DNA of 64,000 nt from Plasmodiophora brassicae (taxonomy: Eukaryota). Position numbers and translations under genes: made by a program. Location: positions 1 to 64,000 of the forward strand of contig CP145420.1 in assembly GCA_036867785.1 (NCBI GenBank), in the 5' to 3' direction. The notes below the pieces were generated by a model, which was given only the letters and a program-made list of their open reading frames with translations, did not search any database and was not told the DNA's origin. This document shows, one piece after another, positions 36,189-47,553 of the stretch (position 1 is its first letter; every line of letters begins with the position of its first letter).

Positions 36189-36887
36189 ATGGCAGCGCAG
36201 GTATCGCCCGCGGATTTGTACGTCATGGGTCTGCCAGAGTCGTATACGGACGCGGATCTGGTGTCGCTACTTGCGGACGTCGGCCAAGTCGTTCAGATGA
36301 CCATGCTGCAGGTGCCTGATGATTCCAAGCGGCAGGCGGCGTTCGTTCGCATGGCGAGCAAGGAACAGGCCCGCTATGCGTACCTGAGCCTGCAGGGCCG
36401 GCCTCTATGTGCCGACGGGCATCCATTAGAGATCCAGCTGGCCTGCGTTGTCAACTTTTTGGATCGTGGCCAACCCCAGGTCCACCAAGACGACCCGTCT
36501 GGAGAGGCGGCAATTTTAAACCAGATGGCCGATTTGGAGCAGGAATTGCAAGGCGCGTTTCAGGCACAGCAGTTCGAACGATGCGGTGAAATCAGGGAGG
36601 AGCTGAGGCGTGTGGCAGCGGCGTACCCGGGCAGACGCCGCGGACCAGGCTCCGCCGTTCTTTACTGCAGCAATTTGCCCTCGGAATATGATGAGACAAC
36701 GCTGGCTATGATGTTTTCCGCATTCGGTGACGTGCTGGCCGTATCTATGCCCAAAGATCCCAGGACCAAGACCAGGAAGGGATACGCGTTCATCGATATG
36801 GCCGACGCCGACCAAGCAGCGAGGGCTATTGACACATTTGATGGGTATCCCGTTGGAAACAAGATCATGCACGTCAAGTTCAAGTAA
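36189..36887 (+). CDS. RNA-binding protein, RRM-(UVR-like helix)-RRM
   Basis: RNP2 LYVMGLP and LYCSNLP; RNP1 AAFVRM and KGYAFIDM; linker LEQELQGAFQAQQFERCGEIREEL. Confidence 0.85.
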   Translation: MAAQVSPADLYVMGLPESYTDADLVSLLADVGQVVQMTMLQVPDDSKRQAAFVRMASKEQARYAYLSLQGRPLCADGHPLEIQLACVVNFLDRGQPQVHQDDPSGEAAILNQMADLEQELQGAFQAQQFERCGEIREELRRVAAAYPGRRRGPGSAVLYCSNLPSEYDETTLAMMFSAFGDVLAVSMPKDPRTKTRKGYAFIDMADADQAARAIDTFDGYPVGNKIMHVKFK

Positions 36888-36956
36888 GGGCCCACGAAGC
36901 ATGCCTGTTTGTCGCCAAATGCTATATATGTGTAGTATATATAAATCACTTGACTG

Positions 36957-38318
36957 CTACAGTAGCGGGTTCTCGTAAAACAGTGACCTCTGGTGGTTCG
37001 ACTGGGCCAGGCGAAGGCGCTCGTCCAGGCGTTCCTTTTGACGTGGGTTCAACCTCTCCAGGCGTTCATCGAGAGACGGCGCCGTTGCGCGCCCTAATAC
37101 CTGGTTGTGACGACGGGGACGGGATCCGTGCCGCCCTCGGGGTACCTCCTCACATTGTATAACACGATGCAGGCCGTTGTTCTCATCGTCGTCGTCGTCT
37201 TCCTCGTCACGACAGTACGCGTTCGCTATGGACATGGCATGGCGCCAGAAGACGTGTCGGACAGCGGCTTGCATTCGCGGGATTCGCCATTGGGCATGAA
37301 GGTGGAATTGCAGGTCCCGGTGCGTCAGCAGCGAGCTGCTCGATCTGAAGTTCGCCATCTTTTCGTCAAAGACGCACCTGGTCAGGATGAGCGGATGCTC
37401 GGGCGCCAGTTCATACTGCGGCTTCCTCGGGTACCGCTCCACGTCCAGCAGCTCGTCGACGATCGATGGCGATTCCAGACGCCGACCAACCAGAAGCAGG
37501 ATCGCCATCATGCACCGGATCTGGTTGTATAGGAAGCAACGCGCGTTCACCGTCAACGCCATCATGCGATCGTACGGATGGGCAGCATTGGATCGTCCGG
37601 CATCGATGTGGTCTGCGTGCTCATCGACAGGTCCAACGCGAACGCCGTCAATCGTCCTGACGAAGTTGTGACAGGACACGACCGACATACGGCAGAAGTT
37701 TCTGAAATCGTGTGTCCCGACGAACTTGTTGGCGGCCACCTGCATGGCCTCGATATCCATGCCATCGGCGAAGAACAGGTACTGGTATGTCCGTCCTAAG
37801 CAATGATGCCGGGCATGGAAGTCATCATCCACGAACGCGTATCCGGTACAGTAGATATCTGGGGGTAGGACGCGATTCAGAACGGCTTGATAGTCGATCG
37901 GCAGGCAGCTATCGTCGGAGGGTGCTCGTAGATCCAATGCAACGACGTTCTCCAGAGCGGAGACCCCCTTGTCGGTACGGCCACACCTCGAGAAGCGGGG
38001 AATGTCGTTGCGGGAGCGAACCAAGTGCGCCTTTTCCAATGCGATACGAAGCTGGCCTTCAATCGTGTCATCGACATTGGGCTGAATGGCCAGTCCTCTG
38101 TATTTGGCACCGTTGTACGCCAAGCGCAGCGCAACTGGGCGCGTCGTATACGACGACCAGTCAAACGGACGGTGTGACTTCTTCTTAGGTCGGGCCGGAG
38201 CAATCGGCTGCGACGACTCGAGTCGAAGGATGCGTTCGACGAGTACCTCGATGGGTTGCTGCAGAAGGCGAGCGCGTTCGGTCTCGACGGATACGCGACG
38301 ATTGTTGCGACGAGTCAT
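36957..38318 (-). CDS. PUS3: tRNA pseudouridine(38/39) synthase (TruA family)
   Basis: ALRLAYNG..YRGLA.Q, SRCGRTDKGVSA, FVGTHDFRNFC, FLYNQIRCMMAIL, KPQY. Confidence 0.93.
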   Translation of the reverse strand: MTRRNNRRVSVETERARLLQQPIEVLVERILRLESSQPIAPARPKKKSHRPFDWSSYTTRPVALRLAYNGAKYRGLAIQPNVDDTIEGQLRIALEKAHLVRSRNDIPRFSRCGRTDKGVSALENVVALDLRAPSDDSCLPIDYQAVLNRVLPPDIYCTGYAFVDDDFHARHHCLGRTYQYLFFADGMDIEAMQVAANKFVGTHDFRNFCRMSVVSCHNFVRTIDGVRVGPVDEHADHIDAGRSNAAHPYDRMMALTVNARCFLYNQIRCMMAILLLVGRRLESPSIVDELLDVERYPRKPQYELAPEHPLILTRCVFDEKMANFRSSSSLLTHRDLQFHLHAQWRIPRMQAAVRHVFWRHAMSIANAYCRDEEDDDDDENNGLHRVIQCEEVPRGRHGSRPRRHNQVLGRATAPSLDERLERLNPRQKERLDERLRLAQSNHQRSLFYENPLL

Positions 38319-38577
38319 CGCGTATGCGGCAGGAAGTCCGCGACGGCTTCCGCACGGCCACGGCGCCCACGCGCTCTTGCAGACGCACGGTCCAGGATGG
38401 GGATCCGTGCGCTGTGTAGAGCACCGTTCAGCTTCGGCATCTCCAATGAACTGGCAATCTAATTCCGAGTCTTTATGAACGAACTGCTTACTTTGTGTGT
38501 TCGCCTTGGTACTCGATAGGCTTCGGCCAATTGCTCCAAATCACAGCGGGTTCGATCATCCAGCCTGGAGAGTTGGG

Positions 38578-38957
38578 GCACCGGCTTTCCCTTTCAGGTG
38601 CGCGAACCTGGAGGTGCGGTCACCCAGTCACGGGAACCTGCAGGTGCGCGCACCTCCAGGTTCGCCAGGGCTCGCGTGAAGCTGGCTCTCGTACGTCACA
38701 GAGTCCCGGATTATTAATTTTCAATTTAATTGGCGAACGTGGACGTGCGCGCACCTGGAGGTTCCTGTGACTGGGTGGCCGCACCTCCAGGTTCGCGCAC
38801 CTGAAAGGGAAAGCCGCACCGCACAGCCTTCCCGGTTTGCCAGGTGCGCGAACCTGGTGGGTACAGTCACAGGAACCTGGGCATGGAGCTGGTGTGCGCA
38901 CCTGGAGGTTCCTGTGACTGGGTGGGCGCACCTCCAGGTTCGCGCACATGAAGGGGA
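38578..38957. repeat. Palindromic MITE/foldback-like repeat, one intact and one degenerate unit
   Basis: 72-bp inverted arms 38582-38653 and 38745-38816 (3 mismatches), AT-rich core, flanking GCACC direct repeat; second unit ~38826-38957. Confidence 0.8.
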
Positions 38958-39001
38958 ACGTCGCAGTCGTCCATTAATTAGGGGTTGGCCTACCTCTCCA
39001 T

Positions 39002-40463
39002 ATGGGATTACCGGCCCGGTCCCTCTCAGCCTTCATCGTCGTCGTCATCTGCGCCGTCGCTAAATCTGTACTGATTGTCCACAACGGCAACGGCACCATT
39101 GCATTTACTATACTCTCTGCACATTTCGCCGCTGCTAATAGTTCATTCTCGGTCACCGCTCCGCCTCATTTCGTCTCGGCTGCCGACCAGATCGCCAACA
39201 CATTTCCTGACACAGTCGCGAATCACATCGTCTTTGTAGACAACTCGGTCAGTCTCGGTTTTGTCAAGCTTGCCCAAGCCTGTCAAGCCGTACACTGTGC
39301 CGGCATCGTATCCGCCGGTAAGTTCCGCATTAGTGAGTTCGCAAGGTCTACTGTATGATTCGCTACTAGATGCCACATACGTACTAACCAATTACCAATT
39401 GTCATGGAGCTATCGCCAACACACGACACCGTTTACAAACGTCCCCATCGTCGGCATCGCCCCCACAGTAATACCGCGTTTGCAAGGTTGCATGGCCTCG
39501 GATCCGACAACGACGATTACGATTACGTCTGATTCTGCACATCCGTTCTCCGCCTTCCTTCTTTTACCGTTCGTCAACGTTGCGTATACGGCAGCGTTCC
39601 TGATCAACATTGCTTTGTTCCTGTACGCGCTCAACTTGCTGATCGCGTTTCTGGTCGATGGACGTGGACGGTTGCGGCGAATGCCGGTGCTGGCAGGGAT
39701 CGTGCTCGTTGTCCAGATCGTGGCATCGGCGGTTCGCGCCATGAATTTCTACGATAATGCATTTGCTAAGGGGCAAACTTTCCCGTACTTCTGGTGGCGA
39801 ACCGGCCAGACAGTCTACATCGGCCTGCATTACCTGACGACGGCGACACTGGCGATTGTAATGTACCAGACGTACATGGCGTCGAGGACGGGGGCGAAGA
39901 TGGGAAACTGCAGGAAATACGCCTTCTCCATCTGCATCATTTCGATCTATGCAGCATCGGGATACGATTTCGTATCGACAATCATCAGTGCGTACACCGA
40001 GATTGAAGACCGGACCATGGCGGCAGGAGAGGTGCTCTACATTGTACTGGCATTGCCGATCCTGATCACATTCATCGTGTACGGCAGTCGTGTGTCTGCC
40101 CTGCTGACGTCGAACGCGTCCAAATTCGGTCAAGACGCTTTGATGAAACGCAGACTACGGTTCGCCAGGCGCACATTGGCATCAGGCGTGGTCGGGATCG
40201 CTATGACAGCCATTATTATCGTCGACGCTTTCGTTTACATATTGTACCCATCTGCTAACCTAATTGGAAGTTATTCGACTTGCATCGGGTTCAACCTGAT
40301 GACACTCGACGACTTCCTGTACGTAGCAGCGTTCAATGCCCCACAGAACGATTCCCTCAACATGGTCGACGTCATCTGGCGGCATTGTCGACATTGCTGT
40401 GGTTCTCCAAACCTCCGTGCAGTCGTACCTGTCACGTCGTCACCAAACCCGCAGAAAGCATGA
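39002..40463 (+). CDS. Signal peptide + extracellular (PA-like) domain + multi-pass (~7TM) membrane protein
   Basis: Hydrophobic N-terminus; about seven hydrophobic helices in 39540-40340; probable short intron near 39318. Confidence 0.7.
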
Positions 40464-41148
40464 AACTTGTTCTTCATACAGTACAATAAACCAATGCGTG
40501 CCAAGATAAGGGTTAAGCGCTGAACGGCGTCAGTTTCGATCAGGAATAACGTACCGAAGGTTCACTTGGGGACGCTTGCGCCGGGACTCACGCGGCGCCT
40601 TCGGATCGCCTGTAGGGCCTGGGCTTCCGCCAGCGCCGCTGCAGAGGTGCGCGTCAGCGTCGCCAGGGCGCCGCAGCACCTGTCTCTGGGGTATTCGGGG
40701 GTCGTCGGGTTCTCGTGGCTCGTACTGGTCTTGACCATGAGGGCGGTCGGTCAATCCGTAGCCTTGATACGTTGACGCTAGGGATTCAGCCTGAGGAACA
40801 TCTTCAACCGGCAGCGCCAACTTTCTGCTCCGGAGACGCGGCTACCCCGGCTCCACGTCAATCTAACGCTTCACAAGAACGAACGGCCGTGTCCCACACG
40901 AAATATACACGGCGCACTGGATTGCAACCGACCTGGCAGCCTCCCTCGCGACCATCCTGGGGCGCATCCCCACACTGTACGTGCTACGTGACGCAACGGA
41001 ACGATGGCCAGCATCACGGACGTCGAGGCCGATGATATTCTGTGGTCGGCCGACGAGACAGCAATGCGCCCACCTGCCGCTCGCTCATTCTGGAGATAAC
41101 GGCCAACGAGCACGTCTGCCTGGTCTTGACATTCATTTGGTGCCACAA

Positions 41149-41940
41149 TTATGTACCGGCAAGCGCAAACCGCTCGACGTAAGGTCTAAGATGCTGGTTG
41201 GCCTTGGCTCGGTATAAACCCAGGAGCATGTCCAGAGCCACCTGCCGCAGGTCACCATGCGTCTCGCCCGTTTTACCGCCCTTGGCGGCCGGTGCAGGAC
41301 GAGTGACCTGCCGACTATCGCGTTAAAGGACCGGCGGCGGAACGCAGGGGACGAAGCATACCAATAGGACGCCATACAACGCTCGAGCGTTATCATCAGG
41401 GTTCAGCTCAATAGCGGCCGCGTAATACCGTCGGGCGACATCCCGCGATTTGGCATCGTTGGCGGATGTCAGGCAAAGTTCCGCATAGGTGCAGTAGGCA
41501 TCATAGGACGCGGGCTGTAAAAGGAGGACCTCCTCCTGGGCGAAGCGCGCGTACGAATACTGCCGCATGCGAACGTACATGTCAACCAGCTCCTGCCACG
41601 AGTGCACGTCTGACGGCACGTAATCGAGCAGGTTAAGAAGATGCTGTAGAGCACGTGCCCAGTCCCCCTTCGCCTTATAGATCGAAATCATCGCCTTTCG
41701 TGTAGGCAGATCGACTGGGTCCTGCTGCAGCAACGATTGCAGGTCGTCCACCGCCTCATCGAACCGACCCGATGCCGATTGCACCATTGCCGCCAGGCGA
41801 TGAACGCGCCGACTGCCCGGGAATCGATCCGACAGCGCCTTCAGACACGCGGACGCTGTCGATAGGCGCCCCGCATCCAATGATGCCAGTAGGCGGGCCT
41901 GCAGCGCATCCCAAACGTCGTCAGCAGGCAACGACGCCAT
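41149..41940 (-). CDS. EMC2: ER membrane complex subunit 2 (TPR), 2 exons
   Basis: L..RFPGSRRV.RL, D..SWQEL..MY, ARFAQEEVLLLQP, YAE..., ARRYY..A.ELN..NARALYG. Confidence 0.88.
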
Positions 41941-42319
41941 GACCGTGCCGACGATCACGTTTTGCCGTGAACGCCGACGTGGCCGGGGTGGTACGGCACC
42001 ATCAACCGTGCAACAACCTTTTATCGAGCAGTACGTGCGTCTTTGCCTGATCAGGCCTCTGATCATGTCGCAGACGACGACGACGACGACTTGTTGTGGT
42101 AGCGGGCACGCTGTCTCGGAGCATAACCGACGTTAGTTGGCGTCTCCGGAACGCCAACAACGGTGCCAGATGCCACGCACGCGCCGAGCGATACCATCTC
42201 CCGCGTAAACGTTGGTTGCCGTTGCGTCGCGACGACCTTGATAACTTCCGCGTCGCGTTCCCGTTGCTGTCGACGAAGCAAACTCCGTGGCGTTCAAGTA
42301 TTCCCACTGGTGGTTGCCG

Positions 42320-42619
42320 ATGCTGCTCGAGCGATGGGACGCCGACCTGACCTCGGGTCACTACGGTGGCATGGCTGAACGACAGCGGCATCTCTTGTCG
42401 ACTGCCGCCTGCTGCCGCTGCCCGACGCCACCGACGGGGACGGCGAGGGCGACGCGCCCGTCGGCCTGTGTGTCACCCAGTTCCACTTCCTGCTGCTGTA
42501 CCGAAATCGCCTGGTGGCGTATAATCAACTGACCGGGTCCACTGTGTACGATATCAGGACGCCTGACAGCGCCGGGCCCATGCGCGGCATTCAGCGGGAC
42601 GTCCACCTTTGCTCCGTGT
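42320..42619 (+). pseudogene. VPS18 relic (first codons plus an internal fragment matching 45148-45425)
   Basis: MLLERWDADLTSG followed by near-identical copy of VGLCVTQFHFLLLYRNRLVAYNQLTG. Confidence 0.85.
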
Positions 42620-43374
42620 TTCGCCCACTATGTACCGTAAAATTACCTCGGACACCGATCAGCGTCCTGCGGCGAGCGCCGATGGTATCGTTATCGAACA
42701 CAGTTCGGGAGATCGAGTCTAAGGTCATCAGCACTGGACACATCTCGTGGTCCGATTACCGAGAACTTTTAACGCCGATTGCGAAGAAGAAGTGCAGCTT
42801 TGCCCACATGCACGCCAGACCTAAGCCACTACGCGTCCGCTGTTGTCGATACCATTCTCGTCAACATGCAGATCGACGCGATAGAGGGCGACAAGCTCGA
42901 TGATCTACAATTAGAAACAATTTCTAATTCCGCTCAACAGCTCCATCAAGAATGCCCACGATTTTGTCTTGGACGCATGCATGAGCAGCGACAGGCCGAG
43001 CACTGCAAGACGGGAATCGGGTTGGCGGCTCACTTCAAGCAAGGACTGAATGCATCTAGCAATCACATAGAATTGTAGATCATCGAGCTTGTCGTCCTCT
43101 ATCGCGTCGATCTGCTTGTTCACGAGAATGGTATCGACAACAGCGGACGCGTAGTGGCTTAGGTCTGGCGTGCATGTGGGCAAAGCTGCACTTCTTCTTC
43201 GCAATCGGCGTTAAAAGTTCTCGGTAATCGGACCACGAGATGTGTCCAGTGCTGATGACCTTAGACTCGATCTCCCGAACTGTGTTCGATAACGATACCA
43301 TCGACGCTCGCCGCAGGACGCTGATCCGACAGAATGCCGGTGTCCGAGGTATTCTACGGTACATAGTGGGCGAA
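42620..43374. repeat. Inverted repeat, arms 42620-42912 and 43071-43374, spacer 158 bp
   Basis: Arms are near-perfect reverse complements; both translate to VSLSNTVREIESKVISTGHISWSDYRELL. Confidence 0.95.
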
Positions 43375-44105
43375 CCGTAGCCTTGATACGTCGACGCCAG
43401 GGATTCAGCCTGAGGAACATCTTCACCCGGCAAGCGCTAACTTCCTGCTCCGGAGACGCGCCTACCCCGGCTCCACGTCAATCTAACGCTTCACAAGAAC
43501 GAACGGCCGTGTCCCACACGAAATATATACGGCGCACTGGATTACAACCGACCTGGCAGCCTTCCTCGCGACCATCCTGGGGCGAATCCCCACACCGTAC
43601 GTGCTACGTGACGCAATGGAACGATGGCCAGCATCACGGACGTCGAGCCCGATGATATTCTGTGGTCGGCCGACGAGACATCAATGCGCCCACCTGCCGC
43701 TCGCTCATGCTGGGAATAACGGCCAACGAGCACGTTTGCCTGGCCTTGACATTCATTTGGTGCTACAATTATGTACCGGCGATGGCCGGGGTGGTACGGC
43801 ACCATCAACTGTGCAACAACCTCACATCGAGCAGGGCCTCTGATCATGTCGCAGACGACGACGACGACGACGATTTGTTGTGGTAGAGGGCACGCTGTCT
43901 CGGAGCATAACCGACGTTAGTTGGCGTCTCAGGAACGTCAACAACGGCGCCAGATGCTGCGCACGCGACGAGCAATACCATCCCCCGCGTAAACGTTGGT
44001 TGCCGTTGCGTCGCGAACGACCTTGATGACTTCCGCGTCGCGTTTGCCGTCGCTGTCGACGAAGCAAACTCCGTGGCGTTTAAGTACTCCCGGGGGTGGC
44101 TGCCG

Positions 44106-47100
44106 ATGCTGCTCGAGCGATGGGACGCCGACCTGACGTCGGGTCAGTCGCCCCGGTCCGCTCTCACGACGCCGTCGGGACGCCGCTCGTCGGTCACATC
44201 CGATACGTTGCCGTCCGGCGACGACCAGGTCCGTTCGCTTCGGGAGCGTCCCAGCATCGCCCGGTGCTGACCCTTTTGCACAGGATGCCCCGATATTCTC
44301 GCTGGACCGGCTGAAATGGCAGCCTGCCAAGGCCGAAGGCGATGTCGTCTCGCTGGCAACCACGGGCAATACCTTGACCTTGCTGACGACCTGTCGCCTG
44401 CTCATATCCTGGGACCTGGCTACCGACACCCATAATGTCGCATCCGGACCGTGCTGTCTTGATTGATGACCAGGCATCTGACGTTGCCACGATGTTTGCA
44501 CAGGTGATCGTTATCAGTAGGCGTCCGGACCTGCACGTGCGACATGTTTGGGCGACCTGGCACGCCTGCCCGTCGAAGCACGCCCTGATCAGTGCCGCCG
44601 GCGGCCTGCTGCTGTACGCGAACGACGCCCTGAAGAAGGCTGTACCGTTGAAACCGAATGCCCAGATCACAGCCGCTGCATGGACCTACTCGTCACGATT
44701 GTAACCATCGCGCGGTCCCGACACCATCTCGTGTGATGTGTAACTCGCCCACACTTGTGTGCAGCGCCGACCTTGTGCTACTCGCATCCGACAATGGCGT
44801 GATCCTGGCGGCCGATCTGGCGTCGAGGGACAGGGCCGTTCGAAGGCTGTGTCAGCTGCCGGAGACCTCGCCCATCTGTACCGTATCCACTCGCGTTGTC
44901 TCCTTCTGCCTGCTTACATGGGCTTAACGTCGTCGTAGGCGCGATTGAGATGGAGGTGTCTCTGCAGCAGGATGGGTCGGACCACTTCCTTGTCATGTGT
45001 GCAACACGGACGCGCCTGTACACGTTTGCTGGCGGCGTGACGCTTGACGCGGCGCTGTCGGGGGAGCCGACCTTCATCGAGCTCCATGGGCAGGCTGCCG
45101 TGCAGACGTCGTTGCAATTCTACCGGGAGGACGGGCGTACTCGGACCGTGGCATGGCTGAACGATAGCGGTATCTATCATGGCAGGCTGCAAGACTCTGC
45201 CCTGGTCGATTGTCGTTTGCTGCCGCTGCCCGACGCCACCGACGGGGACGGCGACGGCGACGCGCCTGTCGGCCTGTGTGTCACACAGTTCCACTTCCTG
45301 CTGCTGTACCGAAATCGCCTGGTGGCGTATAATCAACTGACCGGGGCCACCGTATACGACGGCAGGACGCCTGACAGCGCCGGGCCCATGCGCGGCATTC
45401 AGCGGGACGTCCACCTTCGTTCCGTCTTTGTGTACTCGGCAACGGCCATCTGCGAAGTCGTGATTGAGCGCGAGGACCGCGATATCTGGCGAGTCTACCT
45501 GGAGAGGCAGGAATTCGCAGAGGTGGGGGTTGCACGTGCCGTGTTTCTCGCTCGTGTTTGCTGACCGGCTCGCGTAGGCCCTGGAATTCTGTTCGACGCA
45601 AGCGCAACGGTACAGCGTGCTGAACGCGCACGGGGACCACCTGTTCGAACAGGGGCTCTACAAGCCGGCGGCCGCGATCTTCTCCCAGTCGGACCGGTCG
45701 TTCGAGAGCGTCGCGCTGCTGTTTCTTGGCGAGGAGAAGGCTCGCGATGCGCTCAAGGACTTCCTGCGCCGTCGCCTGGAAGGGTTCGCTCGACGCAGTG
45801 CTGGACTGATCCAAGGGCCTGACTGCCAACCTACCTAGGGTACCTGAATCGGCGCTGACGCAAAGGACGATGATCTGTACGTGGCTGACCGAAATGTACC
45901 TGGACGCCCTGAACCAGCAGCGTGATGCGCTTGTCGACGACGTCTACGAGGACCTGTGCAGCGAGTTCGTCGACTTTCTGTCCGTGTACCGGAACGATCT
46001 GGACCGGCAGACGACGTTTGAGCTCATTTCGAGCCATGGCCGTACTGCCGACCTGCTGCAGTACGCGGAGATCGTTGGCGACCACGACTGGGTGCTGCGG
46101 TACACGCTCGAGCAGGGCCGGTACCTGGATGCGGTGCAGCTGATCCGGTCGCTGAACGTCGCCGACTCCATCCTCCCGCTGGTGTACCAGCTGGCGCCGC
46201 AGCTCGTCGAGCACGAACCGAACGCGACGATCGACGTGTTCATCGACCTGTCCGATCGGTTCGATGGCATTCGCCTGCTGCCCGCGCTGCACCGCTGCGA
46301 GGCGCCGATCGGCTCGGCCCCGGCTCTGCGGTACCTTCGTCACATTGTCGAGCATGGCAACCGGGAGCCCGTTCTGCACAACTACATGGTGTCGCTGCTC
46401 GTCCAGCTGGACGACGAGACCGACGTCCTGCAGTACCTTCGGGACCATGGCGAGGACGCCGTATTCGACCAGAAGTTCGCTCTGCGACTCTGCCATCAAT
46501 ACGGGCGCCTTCGTGCCTGCGTCCGACTGTACGAACTGATGGGCCTCTACCACGAGGCTGTGCGCCTGGCGCTGCACGTCGACCTGGACCTAGCCAAATC
46601 CGTGTGTAGCCGGCCGGGTATGCTCCCTGCATCGTTCTGCTGAGCAAACGTGCTCGTCGTAGGTTGCCTTCTCGTTGTCGTCGTCGTCATCGTCGTCGTT
46701 AATATCGCAAGCCGACCTGAAGACGATCTGGGTCGACATTGGCCGTCACGTCCTGCGCGAGCGCATGGAGCACGGGCATGACGACAAGGCGCTTCAGGAA
46801 GCGGTGGCCATCATCAAGCAGTGCAGTCCGCACATTCAAATCGAGGATGTACGTCATCGACCTGCGCCGTCGCGTCTACTGCTGACCATACGTCGCCGTT
46901 GCAGATGCTGCCGTTCTTTCCCGACGACCTTCGCATAGGCGATTTCCGGTCGGAGATGGTCGACTGCCTGTCGTCGTACACGGCCCGCTTGGCGGCGCTT
47001 CGTTCGGAATCCGACGCGCTCAGCTCTGCGGCCGCCGCCCTTCGCGATGATATCGCGCGTCTGCGTCACCGAACCGGTCGCGTCAGCGGCGATGCTGTCT

Positions 47101-47444
47101 GTCACCTGTGCCAGCAGTCGCTGTTCGCCGATGTCTTCATGCTGTTCCCGTGCAAGCACCAGCTGCACCAGCGATGCACCGTTGCCGAACTCTATCGCCT
47201 GCAGGCGCATCGTCGTCGGCGCCGGTCCGTCATCTTCGAATCCGACGACGAGGACGACGGTGATGACGAGGTGTTGGACGTCGACAAGGCCCCTGAGGGC
47301 GACGTCGGCACCGAGTTCGACCTACAGGGTCGCGCCACGTCGGCGTGCGTCCTCTGCGCGGACGACATGATCGTCTCGGTGGACATCCCCCTGGTTGGCA
47401 GCGGCGATGCCGACCGCGACCAGGACGACCTATGGCATTTGTAA
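44106..47444 (+). CDS. VPS18: Vacuolar protein sorting 18 (Pep3), multi-exon
   Basis: ATRTRLY.F.G, AWLNDSGIYHG, TQFHFLLL, EDRDIWRVYL, SFESVALLF, TWLTEMYL, LISSHG, FALRLC, LPFFPD, RING CHLC..FPCKH..H..C..CVLC. Confidence 0.93.
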
Positions 47445-47553
47445 ACTATCACCCGGGCTATGTGGACTACGTATGTAGGTGGAGACGACCAAGGTCTGCT
47501 GTGTATGTGGAGGACATGGAGCCTCGGCACGTACCTCTCGTGCACCCACGAAT

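Larger units (their letters stand above)
40756..44146. repeat. Segmental tandem duplication: 40756-41160 = 43375-43780; 41980-42360 = 43783-44146
   Basis: Direct alignment by eye; high identity with scattered substitutions and small indels. Confidence 0.92.

Noticed and set aside
38578-38957. CRISPR-like array
   Set aside because: Repeats occur in both orientations with non-unique, irregular spacers; eukaryotic context and no cas genes.
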